Source of the DNA: Malacoraja senta
Lineage: Eukaryota
Assembly: GCA_038087875.1 (NCBI GenBank)
Contig: CM075991.1
Coordinates: forward strand, 2,604,001 to 2,668,000
Reading direction: 5' to 3'
DNA: 64,000 bases
Shown here: positions 25,114 through 37,290 of the stretch, one piece after another
Layout of the letters: each line of letters opens with the position of its first letter
Numbering within the stretch: position 1 is the first letter of the stretch
Position numbers and translations under genes: made by a program
Notes under the pieces: model-generated
The model's input: only the letters and a program-made list of their open reading frames with translations
Told to the model about the DNA's origin: nothing
Database searches by the model: none

Positions 25114-25310
25114 TTACTCCATCCATCAAACCCCTCCCTCGCCTGTATCCACCTATCACTTGCCAGGATTAGTCCCACCCCCAACTCTCTTTTCATTTCA
25201 GTGTCCTGACCCGAAACGTCGACCATTCCCTACGCAGATGCTGCCTGACCCGCTGTGTTTCTCCAGCAGTTATTTTGTACCCCACAACTGCAGACTCTTG
25301 TGCCTCTAGA

Positions 25311-25630
25311 ACAGCGGCACAGCGGTAGAGCTGCTGCTTCACAGTGGCTGGAGATCCGGGTTCGAACCTTACCTCGGTGCTGCGTGTGTGTGTGTGGAGT
25401 TTGCACGTTCACCCTGTGACCATGTGGATTTCCTCCGGTTTCCTCCCACATTCTAAAGACGTGCGGGTTTGTTGGTTAATTGGCTTCTGTAAAACGTAAA
25501 TTGCCCCGAATGTGCGGATAAGTGGATGAGAAAGTGGGATAACATAGAACCAGAGTGAACGGATGATCGATGGTCGGCGTGGACTCAGTGGGCCGAAGGG
25601 ACTGTTTCCACGCTGTACCTTTCAATCAAT
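25311..25630 (+). mobile_element. HE1 V-SINE
   Basis: GGTTCGAACC B box, V-domain-like body, CAAT tail. Confidence 0.8.
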
Positions 25631-25989
25631 CAGTTAATTGGAGCTATATTTTTGCAGAAGATAGCCGCAAAATGCTGAGAGTAACTCAGTGGGGACAGGC
25701 GGCATCTCTGGAGAGAAGGAATGGGTGCATTTCGTGTCGAGACCCTTCATCAACCCCCTTCCCTCACCTGTATCCATCACCCATTCCTTCTCTCCAGAGA
25801 TGCTGCCTGTCCCACTCAGTTACTCCAGCATTTTGTGTCTATTTTCGGTTGAATCCGCCATCTGCAGTTCTGACCTGTCTGAGTCCTTGCTTGCCCTTCG
25901 GAGTTATGTAGCTGTGATGGTATCTCAGCTCAGTGTGGAGCTATCCATCCCTATCACCATGCCCTACACTCCTTTGCCCAACCATATCA

Positions 25990-26575
25990 TAAGCTCTTCA
26001 GGAATAGGAGTAGAATTAGGCCATTCGGCCCATCAAGTTTACTCCGCCATTCAATCATGGCTGATCTATCTCTCCTTCCTAACCCCAATCACCTGCCTTC
26101 TCCCCATAACCTCTGACACCTGTACTAATCAAGAATCTACCTATCTCTGCCTTAAAAATATCCACTGACTTGGCCTCCACAGCCTTCTGTGGCAAAGAAT
26201 TGCAGATTCACCACCCTCTGACTGAACAAATTTCTCCTCATCTCCTTCCAAATAGAATGTCCTTTAATTCTAAAGGGCCTGTCCCACTTTTACGACCTAA
26301 TTCACGACCTTTTTTACTCGTGGATATTTCTCATCATGTTGAAAAAACGCCCCGACCTACTTGATGCCATAAGTACCCACGACTAGCATTACGACCTGCT
26401 ACGACCTACCTACGACCTTGTGACGACCATGCTGCGAGTATGAGTCAAGGGCAAGCTCGGCAGAGGTTATGAATTCGGTCGTGAAAGTGGGACAGTCCTT
26501 TTAGGCTATGACCTCTTGTCCTAGACTCTCCCACTGGTGGAAACATCCTCTCCACATCCACTCTATCCAAGCCTA
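25990..26575 (-). mobile_element. CR1 3' fragment interrupted by a MITE
   Basis: CR1 sequence CCTTTAATTC|...|GGCTATGACC resumes after 26503. Confidence 0.8.
26274..26500. mobile_element. Harbinger-like MITE
   Basis: TIRs AGGGCCTGTCCCACTTT / AAAGTGGGACAGTCCTT, flanks TAA / TTA, internal ACGACC repeats. Confidence 0.8.
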
Positions 26576-26894
26576 CTCACCTGTGTGATTTAATAATTAA
26601 ACTCACATGTTATAATAACTAAAAATAAATAGTTTGTTGTCATATGCTGACTGATATGCTGAAAATTCTCCATGATTTGCCAGTGTTCAGGGAATGGTTT
26701 AAACAAACTGTAAAATAACGTATTTTGCAAGTTGAAGCAGGAGTTATTTACATCTCTGGATTTATCATCAGCAGTGACTCTGTGACCAAACCCAACAGTC
26801 TCAGAGATTACATGGTGAATTGCAACATTTGAAATGTTAAATGAATTAGTTATATAAAATGCACCGTTGAGCAGAATGTTGGTTTTATTAGTAA

Positions 26895-28344
26895 CTAGAC
26901 CAAGTGCAGACCCGTTGGGTCTGTTCCCCCAACATGCGGTTGTGGGGGGGGGGGGGGGGCGGCATGCGACGTCACACACATTAACCACCCCCACAAACAC
27001 ACAAACTTCCTTCCCGCACACACGCTAACTACCCCCTTGTTAATATATTAATATTATTAATTTGCTTCTTTTACCCCATTATCGTCCTATCTACTGACGC
27101 ATAGCCCCCAACTCGCAGGCGTGTCTCGAGAGGGAGGGGGGGTAGAGAGTGAGAGCAGAGAGAGAAGGGAGGGAGAGGGGGGAGAGGGAGGGGGAGAGGG
27201 AGGGGGGTGAGAGAGGGAGGGGGGAAAGGGGGGGAAGAGGGAGGGAGGGGAGGGAGGGAGGGGGGGAGAGAAAGGGAGGGGGGAGAGGGAGGGAGGGAGG
27301 GGGAGAGGGAGGGAGGGAGGGGGAGAGGGAGGGAGGGAGGGGGAGAGGGAGGGAGGGGGAGGGAGGGGGAGAGGGAGGGAGGGGGAGAGGGAGGGAGAGG
27401 GAGAGGGAGGGGGAGAGGAAGGGAGGGGGAGGGTGGGAGGAGGGGGAGGAGAGGGGAGAGGGAGGGAGGGAGGGGGAGAGAATGGGAGAAGGGGAGGGAG
27501 GGGGGGAGTGAGGGCAGAGAGAGAAGGGGGGAGATGGAGAGGGAGGGGGAGAGGGAGGGGGAGGGGAGTGGGAGGAGAGAGGGAGGGGGGAAAGGGAGGG
27601 GGGGAGAGGGAGGGGGAGGAGGGAGGGGGGGCAGTGGGGGACAGAGAGGGGAGCAGGGAGGGGGGAACAGGGAGGGGGAGAGAGAGGGAGGGGGAGGGGA
27701 GAGGGAGGGGGAGAGAGAGGGAGAGGTTGGGGAGAGAGAGAGAGAGGATGGGGGAGAGAGAGAGAGAGAAAGGATGGGAGAGCGAGAGGGGGGTCGCAAG
27801 GTTTTTATCAAAGGACTTGCGAGAGGCGCGACTGGCAGCACGTTGGGTTTGCAGCGGGAGGGAGGGAGGGAGGGAGGGGAGGGGGAGTGGGAAGGAGGAA
27901 GGGGAGAGGATGGGGGAGAGAGAGGGAGAGGGCGGACCTGAACTCGGTGAGAAGGGAGGGGGGAAGAAGGGAGGGAGGAGAGGGGTAGGGGCCGCCCAGG
28001 AGCCGTCGGCCTCAGAGTGAGCCTCAGCTCCATGGCCTCGCAACCTCGGCACATCCTCTCTGTACCCCGGAGCCAGCCGGTTATCTACGGATCCTCACAG
28101 AGGACCGATTCCCCGAGTATGGGGAGAGGGGGGGGGGTTTAATGGACGGGCGGGTGTGGTCCCGACTGAGCCTGCGGGCCGCGAGCAAGGCACGGAGCGA
28201 TGTGACGACGGTGATAAGCAGCAGGGGGAACAGCCGATCAGTGGCTTCCGCCAGCGTGACAGAGCCGGGCCGGGGGGAGGGGGGGGGGGGGGTAAGTGGA
28301 GGAGAGCCGGGCGGCAGCAGCCGTTATCGTCGCGCGGGGCACGC
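26895..28344 (-). mobile_element. Non-autonomous Helitron (3' end clear, 5' end not found)
   Basis: Minus strand ends ...CAGACCC-AAC-GGGTCTG-CACTTGGT-CTAG|T, the same terminal hairpin family as the 9515-10743 element. The right boundary is a guess. Confidence 0.65.
27130..27990 (+). repeat. Purine-rich (GGGA/GAGG)n low-complexity tract
   Basis: ~860 bp of almost pure G/A. It is the source of the spurious Pro- and Gly-rich ORFs. Confidence 0.95.
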
Positions 28345-30212
28345 GATGTTCCCGATGTTGGGGGAGTCCAGAACCATGGGTCACAATTGAAGAATAAGGG
28401 GTCGGCCCTTTTTGACTGAGATGAGGAAACATAGAAACATAGAAACATAGAAAATATGTGCAGGAGGAGGCCATTCAGCCCTTCGAGCCAGCACCGCCAT
28501 TCATTGTGATCATGGTTGATCGTCCCCAATCAATAACCCGTGCCTGCCTTCTCCCCATATCCCTTGACTCCACTAGCCCCTAGAGCTCTATCTAACTCTC
28601 TTAAATTAGGTATGTTACAATACTTACCTCCAGCGGCGCTGCAATTCTGCCACTGTGTGCGCGATTTTGGCGCCTTTGGGGGGGGGGGGGGGGGCGGGGT
28701 TAAAACGCGGGTTTCTCCTACCTTGTCCTGAATTATATTTCGTTGGAGTGCAAGCTTTTGCTGATGAATCGTTCCCACGGGCGTTTTGTGTATTTTTTAT
28801 TTTTATTCGCCCGAGCGCTGGAGTTATTTTAAAATCAGCTTCGAAAGCCGTCAACGCCGACAACGGGGACGGATTTCACGCACGGGACAGGTAAACGAAA
28901 GCAGTTTATTTTATGTATAAAAGTGCTTCTTAAGAGGCCTTTCATTCACATTTTAAAATGCGAAACGGTGATTCTTTTCCCTGAACTAACGGCAGTATTT
29001 TTCATGCCGATACGGGGTTAAATTCACCACAAATCAACGTTCCAAATGATCGCGTTCCAGAAAAACCCACTCGCAAGATGATTTAAATGCCCATTAATTT
29101 ACAGGTATTAAACATTAAATTCCTTCCATTTGGCCTATAAATCCATGACAATGAGATTTTTAAATTATGTTATATTGTGAATTCTTGTGTGACTGTTATT
29201 TGGACACTTAGGCTATTTAAAAATGTTAATCTATTCTTAAGAAATTGATAGATGTTTAGATCTAGTAATTGAATTTTGTAATTAGCTACAATTAGGTAAA
29301 TAACTAATTATATGCTTTAATTTCATGTCATCTAAGTAAGATTGTTTCATATTTGTTTCAGAATGCTTCAATCTATAATAACTGAACATTTCTTTCAGTT
29401 CTCTTAATTTTTAAGAAAGTTATGGTCTTTTGACTGTCCTCGATCACAGCTTTTGTGTTAAGTCAATGGAAAAGCAATAGGGAACAAGATGCTAATTTCC
29501 GAGTATGAAAATGGCCATAATTTTTTTAATACTGAAGATATGAAAGTGAATTAGGTGTCAAATTAAACGTCTTTTTATGCTTTATCTAATGGGATAAATT
29601 ACAGACTTGATTTTTAAAATCTCAAAATGATGTAACATTGCTACTTAAATCCATCCAGTGACTTGGCCTCCACTGCCCTCTGTGGCAGGGAATTCAGACT
29701 CGCCCCACATTGGGAAAATTTTTCCTGCATCTAGCTTGTCCAGTCCTTTTATAATTTTATATGTTTCTATAAGGTATCCCCTCATCCTTCTAAACTCCAG
29801 TGAATACAAGCGTAGTCTTTTCAATCTTTCCTCATATGACAGTCCCGCCATCCCAGGGATCAATCTCGTGAACCTACTGCCTCAATCACAAGGATGTCCT
29901 TCCTCAAATTAGGAGACCAAAACTGTACACAATACTCCAGATGTGGTCTCACCAGAGCCCTATACAAGGAAAAACATTTTCACCCACAGTTGTGAATCTT
30001 TGGAATTCTCTGCCACAGAAGGCAGTGGGGGCCAATTCACTGGATGTTTTCAAGAGAGAGTTAGATTTAGCTCTTAGAGCTAAAGGAATAAAGGGATATG
30101 GGGAGAAAGGGGTACTGATTTTGGATGATCAGCCATGATCATATTGAATGGCGGTGCTGGCTCAACGGGCCAAATGGCTTACTCCTGCACCTATTCTCTA
30201 TGTTTCTATGTT
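28345..30212. mobile_element. CR1 fragments in both orientations (28345-28428 +; 28428-29968 - interrupted; 29970-30212 +)
   Basis: MFPMLGESRT, IPGMAGLSYEERLKRL..LEFRRMRG and (CATAGAAA)n tails. Confidence 0.85.
28607..29643. mobile_element. Non-coding DNA element with 13-bp inverted ends and a 7-bp direct repeat (Crypton-like candidate)
   Basis: Ends TAGGTATGTTACA / TGTAACATTGCTA (11 of 13 complementary). CTTAAAT at 28600-28606 and 29644-29650. It splits CR1 sequence that is contiguous at ~48270-48300. Confidence 0.7.
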
Positions 30213-30814
30213 CATTTAGATTGCCAGTTGCTCTCGTGACTTTGCATCATATTTTTATAATTTTTATAATTTTATATATTCTATTGATGTCAGATAAATG
30301 GCTCTCTTATAGCTCTGGAACCTCCCAAGTGGACAATCTTACACATACTTCCATGTCCTTGTTAGGATGTAGTGTTAAAATCAGGATCTAAATTCCTTTT
30401 CCTAAATTCACACCCTGGCCACTCCCTCTTTTCCCCTCTCCCATCGGGCAAAAGGTATAGAAGTGTGAAAACACACACCGCCAGATTCAGGGACAGTTTC
30501 TTCCCAGCTGTTATCAGGCAACTGAACCATCCTACCACAACCAGAGAGCAGTGCTGAACTACTATTAGACTATCTTTGAAGGGACTTTATGCTAGTCCTT
30601 TATCATGAAAATAGACACAAAATGCTGGAGTAACTCAGTGGGACAGGTAGCATCTCTGGAGAGACGGAATGGGTGAAGTTTTGGGTCAAGACCCTTCTTC
30701 AGACTGGTTAGGGATAAGGGAAATGAGAGATATAGATGATTCTTTATCTCACTACTGTACATCACCATCTATATCTCTGCAGGACTGAAACATATAATGA
30801 AAGAATGTGTCAAC

Positions 30815-31400
30815 TGGACTTATTTTTTGGAATTTAGAAGGATGAGAGGGAATCTTATAGAAACATATAGAATTCTTAGAGGATTGGACAGGGTAGATAA
30901 AGGAAAAATGTTCCCGATGATGGGGGAGTCCAGAACCAGGGGTCACAGTTTAAGAATAAGGGGGAGGCCATTTAGGACTGAGATGAGGAAAAACTTTCTT
31001 CACCCAGAGAGTTGTGAATCTGTGGAATTCTCTGCCACAGAAGGCAGTGGAGGCCAATTCACTGGATGTTTTCAAGAGAGAGTTAGATTTAGCTCTTAGT
31101 GCTAAAGGAATCAAGGGATATGGGTGGAAAAGCAGGAACGAGGTACTGATTTTGAATATTGTTTAAGAAGGAACTGCAGATGCTGGAAAATCGAAGGTAC
31201 ACAAAAATGCTGGAGAAACTCAGCGGGTGCAGCAGCATCTATGAAGCAAAGGAAATAGGCAACGTTTCGGGCCGAAACCCTTAAAATTGGGGGACCAAAA
31301 CTGCTGATTTTGAATGATCAGCCATGATCATATTGAATGGTAGTGCTGGATCGAAGGGTCGAATGGTCTACTCCTGCACCTATTTTCTATGTTTCTATGT
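30815..31400 (+). mobile_element. CR1 3' fragment with a nested Penelope-derived repeat (~31160-31282, -)
   Basis: LEFRRMRGNLIETY...MFPMMGESRTRGHSL; nested AACGTTTCGGGCCGAAACCCTT. Confidence 0.85.
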
Positions 31401-31989
31401 TTGTGTCAAACTACAAACTATCTGGGTTCCACTCGGGACATCAGGCTTTGTGCCTTGTTTTTTTTTTGCACTATATTGGGCTTTTTATTTATTGAACTTC
31501 TTTTCTCGTTTGTTATCTTATCTGATGAGCCCAAAGTCCTGTAGTAAGTGTGTAGTAAGGAACTGTGGATGCTGGTTCACACAAAGTGCTGGAGTAACTC
31601 AGCGGGACAGGCAGCATCACTGGAGAGAAGGAATGGGTGATGTTCGGGTTGAGACACTTCCACAGACTGGGTGTATTGGGTTTGGGTGGACAGGAGCGAG
31701 CAGCGGGTGGGCGACAGAAAGAGAGATATATGGGGACGGTGGAATGAAGGGGGTGGATGGAGTCAGGTGGGGAGTGGGTTGATGCTGTTGGAGAGGGGGG
31801 GGGTGGGCGGTGAGGGGAATGGTGCACTCCCTTTCTCAGTCCTTATGATTCTGCACTCCACTACAGTCAGCCATGTTCAACACCTGCCCCCACTGGTGTC
31901 ATCCGCCTATCCGAGTGTCCCGGCAAGCAGCGCTCTGGGAGCGTCCCGGCACGCAGTCCTGGATCACCGCGTGGACCGAGGATGGAGGG

Positions 31990-32370
31990 GCTGAAGGGGC
32001 TGCTCCTCGCCTTCTGGCTGCACTTCACACCCACCGCCCGCATCCTTGGACACCATGTGTGTCGGGGAGAGGGTAGAGCTGAAGAGGTCCTGGTCGGTTG
32101 CCCCTGGGCCTGGCCAGGCTGGCCATCCGAGAGTCACGGCGCCAGGCGGAAGTAGGCTCTGCCCGAGTCGGCCGGCCTGCCCCTTTTCCGGGGTTACGTC
32201 CGCGCCCGGGTGGTGTTAGAGAGGGACTATGCGCTGTCCACGGGCGTCCTGGGGGATTTCCGGGACCGCTGGGAATGCATCCGTGAAGAATTGTAATTTA
32301 GTTGTTTAATATTCAGTACATTTGGTATTTAAGAATACTTGTTTCACTTTGTATTATGATGGTGGGTGTG
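31990..32370 (+). mobile_element. Tx1-clade LINE 3' fragment
   Basis: LKGLLLAFWLHFTPT..ILGH; LGLARLAIRESRRQ; PLFRGYVRARVVLERDYALSTG...FRDRW, resembling Tx1 ORF2 C-termini. Confidence 0.65.
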
Positions 32371-32842
32371 TTGGTATTGTTTTGTATTCTACCTATTATT
32401 ATTGTCAATAATTGATTGCATATATTTTTGGAACTCTGATCCTCGGTCAGAGGACCGAGGATCGTCCGCCACAGACTGATGATGGAAGACTCGCCCGGTA
32501 GACCACGGCTCACCCACCGCGGACTCCAAACCGACGCCGAGACACTGGCATCGACGGGAACCAAGAGAGAGGAGGGACCGACAGCGAGTGCAATGGGGGG
32601 ACCTGGCACGGGGCCACCGAGAACAAAGGGGTGCGTGGTGGGGGAGGCGGCAGGCAGTAGATAAGGATGTTGGGTACTTTTTTACTTTGTGTCGGTGCCA
32701 GACGTGTGGTGACACTTGTGTGCTGCCTGGGTTGTAAGCAGAACAAGGCAGTTCACTGTAGCTCGAAGTATCAGTCATTCATTCGTTCCTTCATTCATTC
32801 ATTCATCATCCCACCCTTATCTGGAACCACTTACCACCAACC

Positions 32843-33170
32843 AGGGCGGCACAGTGGCACAGCTGGTAGAGGAACTGCCTCACGGCACCTCAGACCCAGA
32901 TTCGATCCTGACCTTAGGAGCTGCTTGTGCGGAGTTTGCATGCCCTCCCTGTGACCGTGTGAGCTTCCTCCTCCGGGGGCTCCGGTTTCCTCACAAATCC
33001 CCAATGTGCGCGGGTTTGTAGGGTAATTGGCTTCTGTAAAGTGTGTAGGGAGTGGATGAGAAAGTGGGATAACTAACATAGGAGTGGTGTGAATGGGTGA
33101 CCGAAGGTTGGTGCGGACTTGGTGGGCGGAGAGGCCTATTTGCGTGCTGTATCTCTATAAAACTAAAACA
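32843..33170 (+). mobile_element. HE1 V-SINE
   Basis: GGGCGGCACAGTGGCACAGCTGG head and HE1 tail. Confidence 0.8.
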
Positions 33171-33363
33171 AGAAAAACAACCATATTAACCAGTTTCCAG
33201 CATCCACAGTCTCTTGTGTTCCCTTATCACCTTCCAGTATTATCAAAGTTCACATTTATTTAAAGTTCAAAGTTCAAAGATCAAATTTATTTGTCACATG
33301 CACTGGTCGATCGCTTCTCCGGCGACCCCCGGATGTTACAGTCCCCGCTGCGCCGCCGCTGAA

Positions 33364-34214
33364 TACAATACAACAATACAATACAATACAATTTATTTGT
33401 CATTTGGACCCCGTTGAGGTCCAAACAAAATGTCGTTTCTGCAGCCATACATTACAAAACGAAGAAGACCCGAGACACAACACAATTTACACATCCATCC
33501 ATCACAGCGCTGTGATGGAAGGCAAAAAAAAAACGTATCTCTCCACTGCACCTCCCCCCCGATGTCAGAGTCAAAGTCAAAGCCCCCGGCGGGCGATGGT
33601 GATTATCCCGCGGCCATTAAAGCCACGCCGGGTGATGCAAGGTCGCGCACCGGGTCTTGGTGTTAGAGCCCCAGCGTGCGCTCGCAAAGTCCCGCGGCCA
33701 TTCCAAGCCGTGCGGGGTGGTGATGTAAAGCCCCGCTCCAGGTGCTCTTCAACCCCGCAACTTGGGCGGGAGAAGTCGCCGCCGCGGAAGCCCCGAAAGC
33801 GGTCTCCCACCAGGGACCCGCGGGCTTCTGGTGTTGCCGTCCGCCAGACCCGCGGTTGTAGCCTCCGAATCTCCGGGGGTCGGGTCGCAGCAGCGCTCCA
33901 CCACAGCTCCACCCGCTCCGGACTCGGCCAGCCCCGTGACGGTGAGTAGTCCGCAGCTCCGCAACTGGAGCCCCAGCTCGTTCCTGCTGGAGGCCGCTCC
34001 ACGTTGCCCAGCCCCAACGACAACGGAGACCCGACAAAGAAAAGGTCGGGTCTCCCGTGCAGGGGAAAGATTTTAAAGTTCCCCCCCCCCACCCCCACAC
34101 ACATACCCCGACAAAAAAATAATAAAAACTACATAGAAACGAGACAAAAATAATAAAAAGACTGACGGACTGCAGAGGCCGCTGCAGACGAGAGTCGCGC
34201 AGCCCACCAACTCA
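33364..34214 (-). mobile_element. Apparently full-length GC-rich non-tRNA retroposon with a Rex1-type tail
   Basis: Absent from duplicate copy B. TSD CGCCGC(C)CGCTGAA (33351-33363, 34215-34228). Ends ATGACAAATAAA(TTGTA)n. Confidence 0.85.
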
Positions 34215-34762
34215 CGCCGCCCGCTGAAGCTCTGGGGCCCGACTCCGGGGAAGGCTGCACTAAACCAGCTGTAAGGCCGCGAGTAGGGGGGGGGGGGGAC
34301 GACGACAAAGAAGCGACAAGGAAGAAAGTCGCCTCTTCGTCGAGGTAAGTGCCTGAAAACGGTTTCTCCCTATCCCCTCCCCCCCTCCCCCCCCCCTCTC
34401 CCCCCCCCCTCTCCCCCCTCCCCCCCCCTCCCCCCCACAATACATACAGAGAAACACTAAAACATACTTTTGGCCTTTGTCAGTTCTGTTTATTGTCACG
34501 TGTACAGTGAAAAGCTTTTGTTTGCGTGCTAACCAGCCGGTGGAAAGACAATGCATGATTACAATCGATCCATTTCACAGTGTACAGATATATGATAAGG
34601 GAATAACGTTTGGTGCAAGGTAAAGCCAGTAAAGTCCAATCAAAAATAGTGCGAGGGTCCCTGATGAGGTAGATAGTTCAGCACTGCTCTCGGGTTGCAG
34701 TAGGATGGTTCAGGTGCCCGATTAAAGCTGGGACCAATATATCCCTAAATCTCTATTCTCGT

Positions 34763-35112
34763 AGGGCGGCGCGGTGAAGACGGGGCAACACAGTGGCGGC
34801 GCGGTGAAGACGGGGCAACACAGTGGCGCAGCGGTAGAGTTGCTGCCTTACAGCGCTTGCCGCACCGGAGACCCGGGTTCGATTTCGCAACGGGCGCTGT
34901 CTGTATGGGAGTTTACACATTCTCCACGTGACCGCGTGGGTTTTCACCGAGATCTTCGGTTTCCTTCCACATGCCAAAGACCTACAGATATGTAGGGTAA
35001 TTAGCTTGGTGTATGTGTATATTGTCCCTAGTGTGTGCAGGATAGTGTTAATGTGTGCGTGGTTCGCTAGTCGTCACAGACTGTTTCCACGCTGTATCTC
35101 TAACTAACTAAA
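34763..35112 (+). mobile_element. HE1 V-SINE with a 30-bp tandem duplication at its head (duplicate at ~41961-42308)
   Basis: GGCGGCGCGGTGAAGACGGGGCAACACAGT twice, running into the tRNA head. Confidence 0.8.
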
Positions 35113-35461
35113 ATGCTCTCTTTTTTCCCATCCATTCCCTTTTTGTCTCTTCATCCTTCTCTCTCTCTAGCTATCACCCACATCCAAATCCCACCCCCTC
35201 GCTCTCTCCCCTCCTGCCCCTTGTCTCTCTCTTCACCTGGTTCCACACCTCACCTGCCCATCCCCGTCCTCACCTCTCCCCCTGCACCACTCCGCACTGC
35301 CTGCCTCCCCTCTCCACTCCCAGCCCTGACACGGGGTCTCAACCCGAGATGCCGACTGTCCACTTCCCTCCCACGGATGCTGCTCGGCCCACTGCGACTG
35401 TGGGCTGCTTCATGTATGTCCTTGCTTTTTGTCGGACTTTGCTGTTTTCAAACCAGCTGCT

Positions 35462-36160
35462 TAACGTTCTGGTGCCGTAGCCCTCACGCCAAGAAGCTGG
35501 ATGCTGCCCTCAACAGCGCCCTGTGGACTGTCTCCGGGTGCCTATGAGCCACCCCAGTAAACCAACTGCCCGTCCTCGCTGCCATCGCCCCAGCCAACAT
35601 CAGACGAGAAGCAGCCACGCTGGCCCTCTCTCGAAAGGCACAGACCAGTGAATCCCACCTCCTCCATCAGATCGTCACAGACACCACGACGAGTGCGCTC
35701 AAGTCACGGCACCCCTTTGCCACGCAAGCCCAAGAGCTGCTCAGCACAACACCGGCTGATGCTTCTAAGGCTGCCTGGGTCAAGACGAGATGGAGAGACC
35801 AGTGGAAGTCAGCGGAACCATCTAGGCTACACCAGTACATCAATGACCCCATGGACGTCCCTGGCCAGGACCTGCCCGAAAGCAGTGGACAACCCTCAAC
35901 CGCTTGAGGACAGGCGTTGGACGCTATGGAGTAGCGATGAAGAGGTGGGGCCTCGTGGACAGCGCCTCCTGTGAGTGTGCGGACCCAACACAGACAGTGG
36001 AACACATCGTCACCAGTTGTCCCAAACACCGGCCACCAAATGGTGAACGAGGTCTGATTGACCTGGACGATGACACGTTGGCCTGGCTCGCCTCAACGGA
36101 GCTGCAGGTCTAAAAGACATACGGCAGAAGAAGAAGAAGAAGAAGAAGCAGAAGAAGAAG
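35462..36160 (+). mobile_element. Vingi/Ingi-clade LINE 3' fragment (copy A, disrupted)
   Basis: WCRSPHAKKLD..LN.ALWTVSGCL; RLRTGVGR; CEC...QTVEHIVTSC; (GAA)n tail; 12-bp TSD AAACCAGCTGCT. Confidence 0.8.
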
Positions 36161-37074
36161 AAACCAGCTGCTGCCCCACAGCCCCGACACCTGCACTTCG
36201 AATAAATTAACTAGCTGTAAGTACTTTGAGGTCATCTGTGACCACAACATGTGTTCAGCAAAGGTAGATGTGGTTGTAAAAACCAACACTGACTAAACAG
36301 TGATATCCATGCCATGAAATGCAGAATCATATTTTTATTAACAGCGGGCCTCAACAACTTGTAATCTTCGGTAAGTTTTAATTTTCAAAAGTAAACTTTA
36401 CTTGTAATAAAAATATATACAAATCAACAACTGTGCAATAACTCTTAATACATGCTCAGTGTCTACACATACAAAATTGCAGTGTCATATTCTGTAGTGT
36501 TCGCACCTCGCTTGAACCTATCACCTGCATTCTCCTGCCTCACCTCTCTTCCAATTATCCCTCCTCCCCATCCAGTACCTCCTCGCTTCCAGCTTTCTTC
36601 CCCCCCCCAATAATTAGTCTGAAGAAGGGTCCAAATCCGAATCGTCACCTATCCATGCTCTCCAAAAATGCTGCCTGACCCGCTGAGTTACTCCAGCACT
36701 TTGTGTCTTCTTTTAAAGCAAAAACACCCTTGCCATTCATTTAGTTAATTTTTTTAGTTTAGAGATACAGCGCAGAAACAGCCCCTTTGGCCCACCGAGT
36801 CCGCGCCGACCAGCGATTAACATTATCCTACACATACTAGGGAACATTTACACATACACCAAGCCAATTAACCTACAAACCTGTACGTCTTTGGAGTGTG
36901 GGAGGAAACCAAAGATCTTGGAGAAACCCACACGGTCACGAGGAGAACGTACAAACTCCGTACAGACAGCAGCCGTAGTCGGGATTGAACACAGGTCTCT
37001 TGCGCTGCAAGAGCTGTAAGGCAGCAACTCTACCGCTGCGTCACCGTGGCTGCCCCGCGGTGATATTTGTTCAC

Positions 37075-37290
37075 TTGTTTGAGGGGTGTCCCCACCTGAC
37101 TCTGCCCTTCAATGTCCAGCAGCGGAAGGACCCTAGACCGTGGCCCTCCCCCACAGAGCCTTGGCGTTGGCTGCACCGAGCTTCAGTGGCGTCCCTCAGT
37201 ACCTACTCCTGCAGTCTGGTAATCGCAATCTTTCGTGAAATAGATTACATTGACATTCTCGGCAGCTGGGTTTGGAGACAAAAATGACAG
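37075..37290 (-). mobile_element. L1/Tx1 3' fragment (duplicate at ~44265-44480)
   Basis: Reverse RLQE.VLR...KLGAANAKALWGR.TV*. Confidence 0.7.

Noticed and set aside
27071..28054. Long Pro-rich and Gly/Arg/Glu-rich ORFs (up to 327 aa)
   Set aside because: Artefacts of a stop-free purine low-complexity tract; open in several frames on both strands.
28619..28628. ATACTTACCT, matching the U1 snRNA 5' end
   Set aside because: Only 10 nt with no U1 body; equivalent to a consensus splice donor on the opposite strand.
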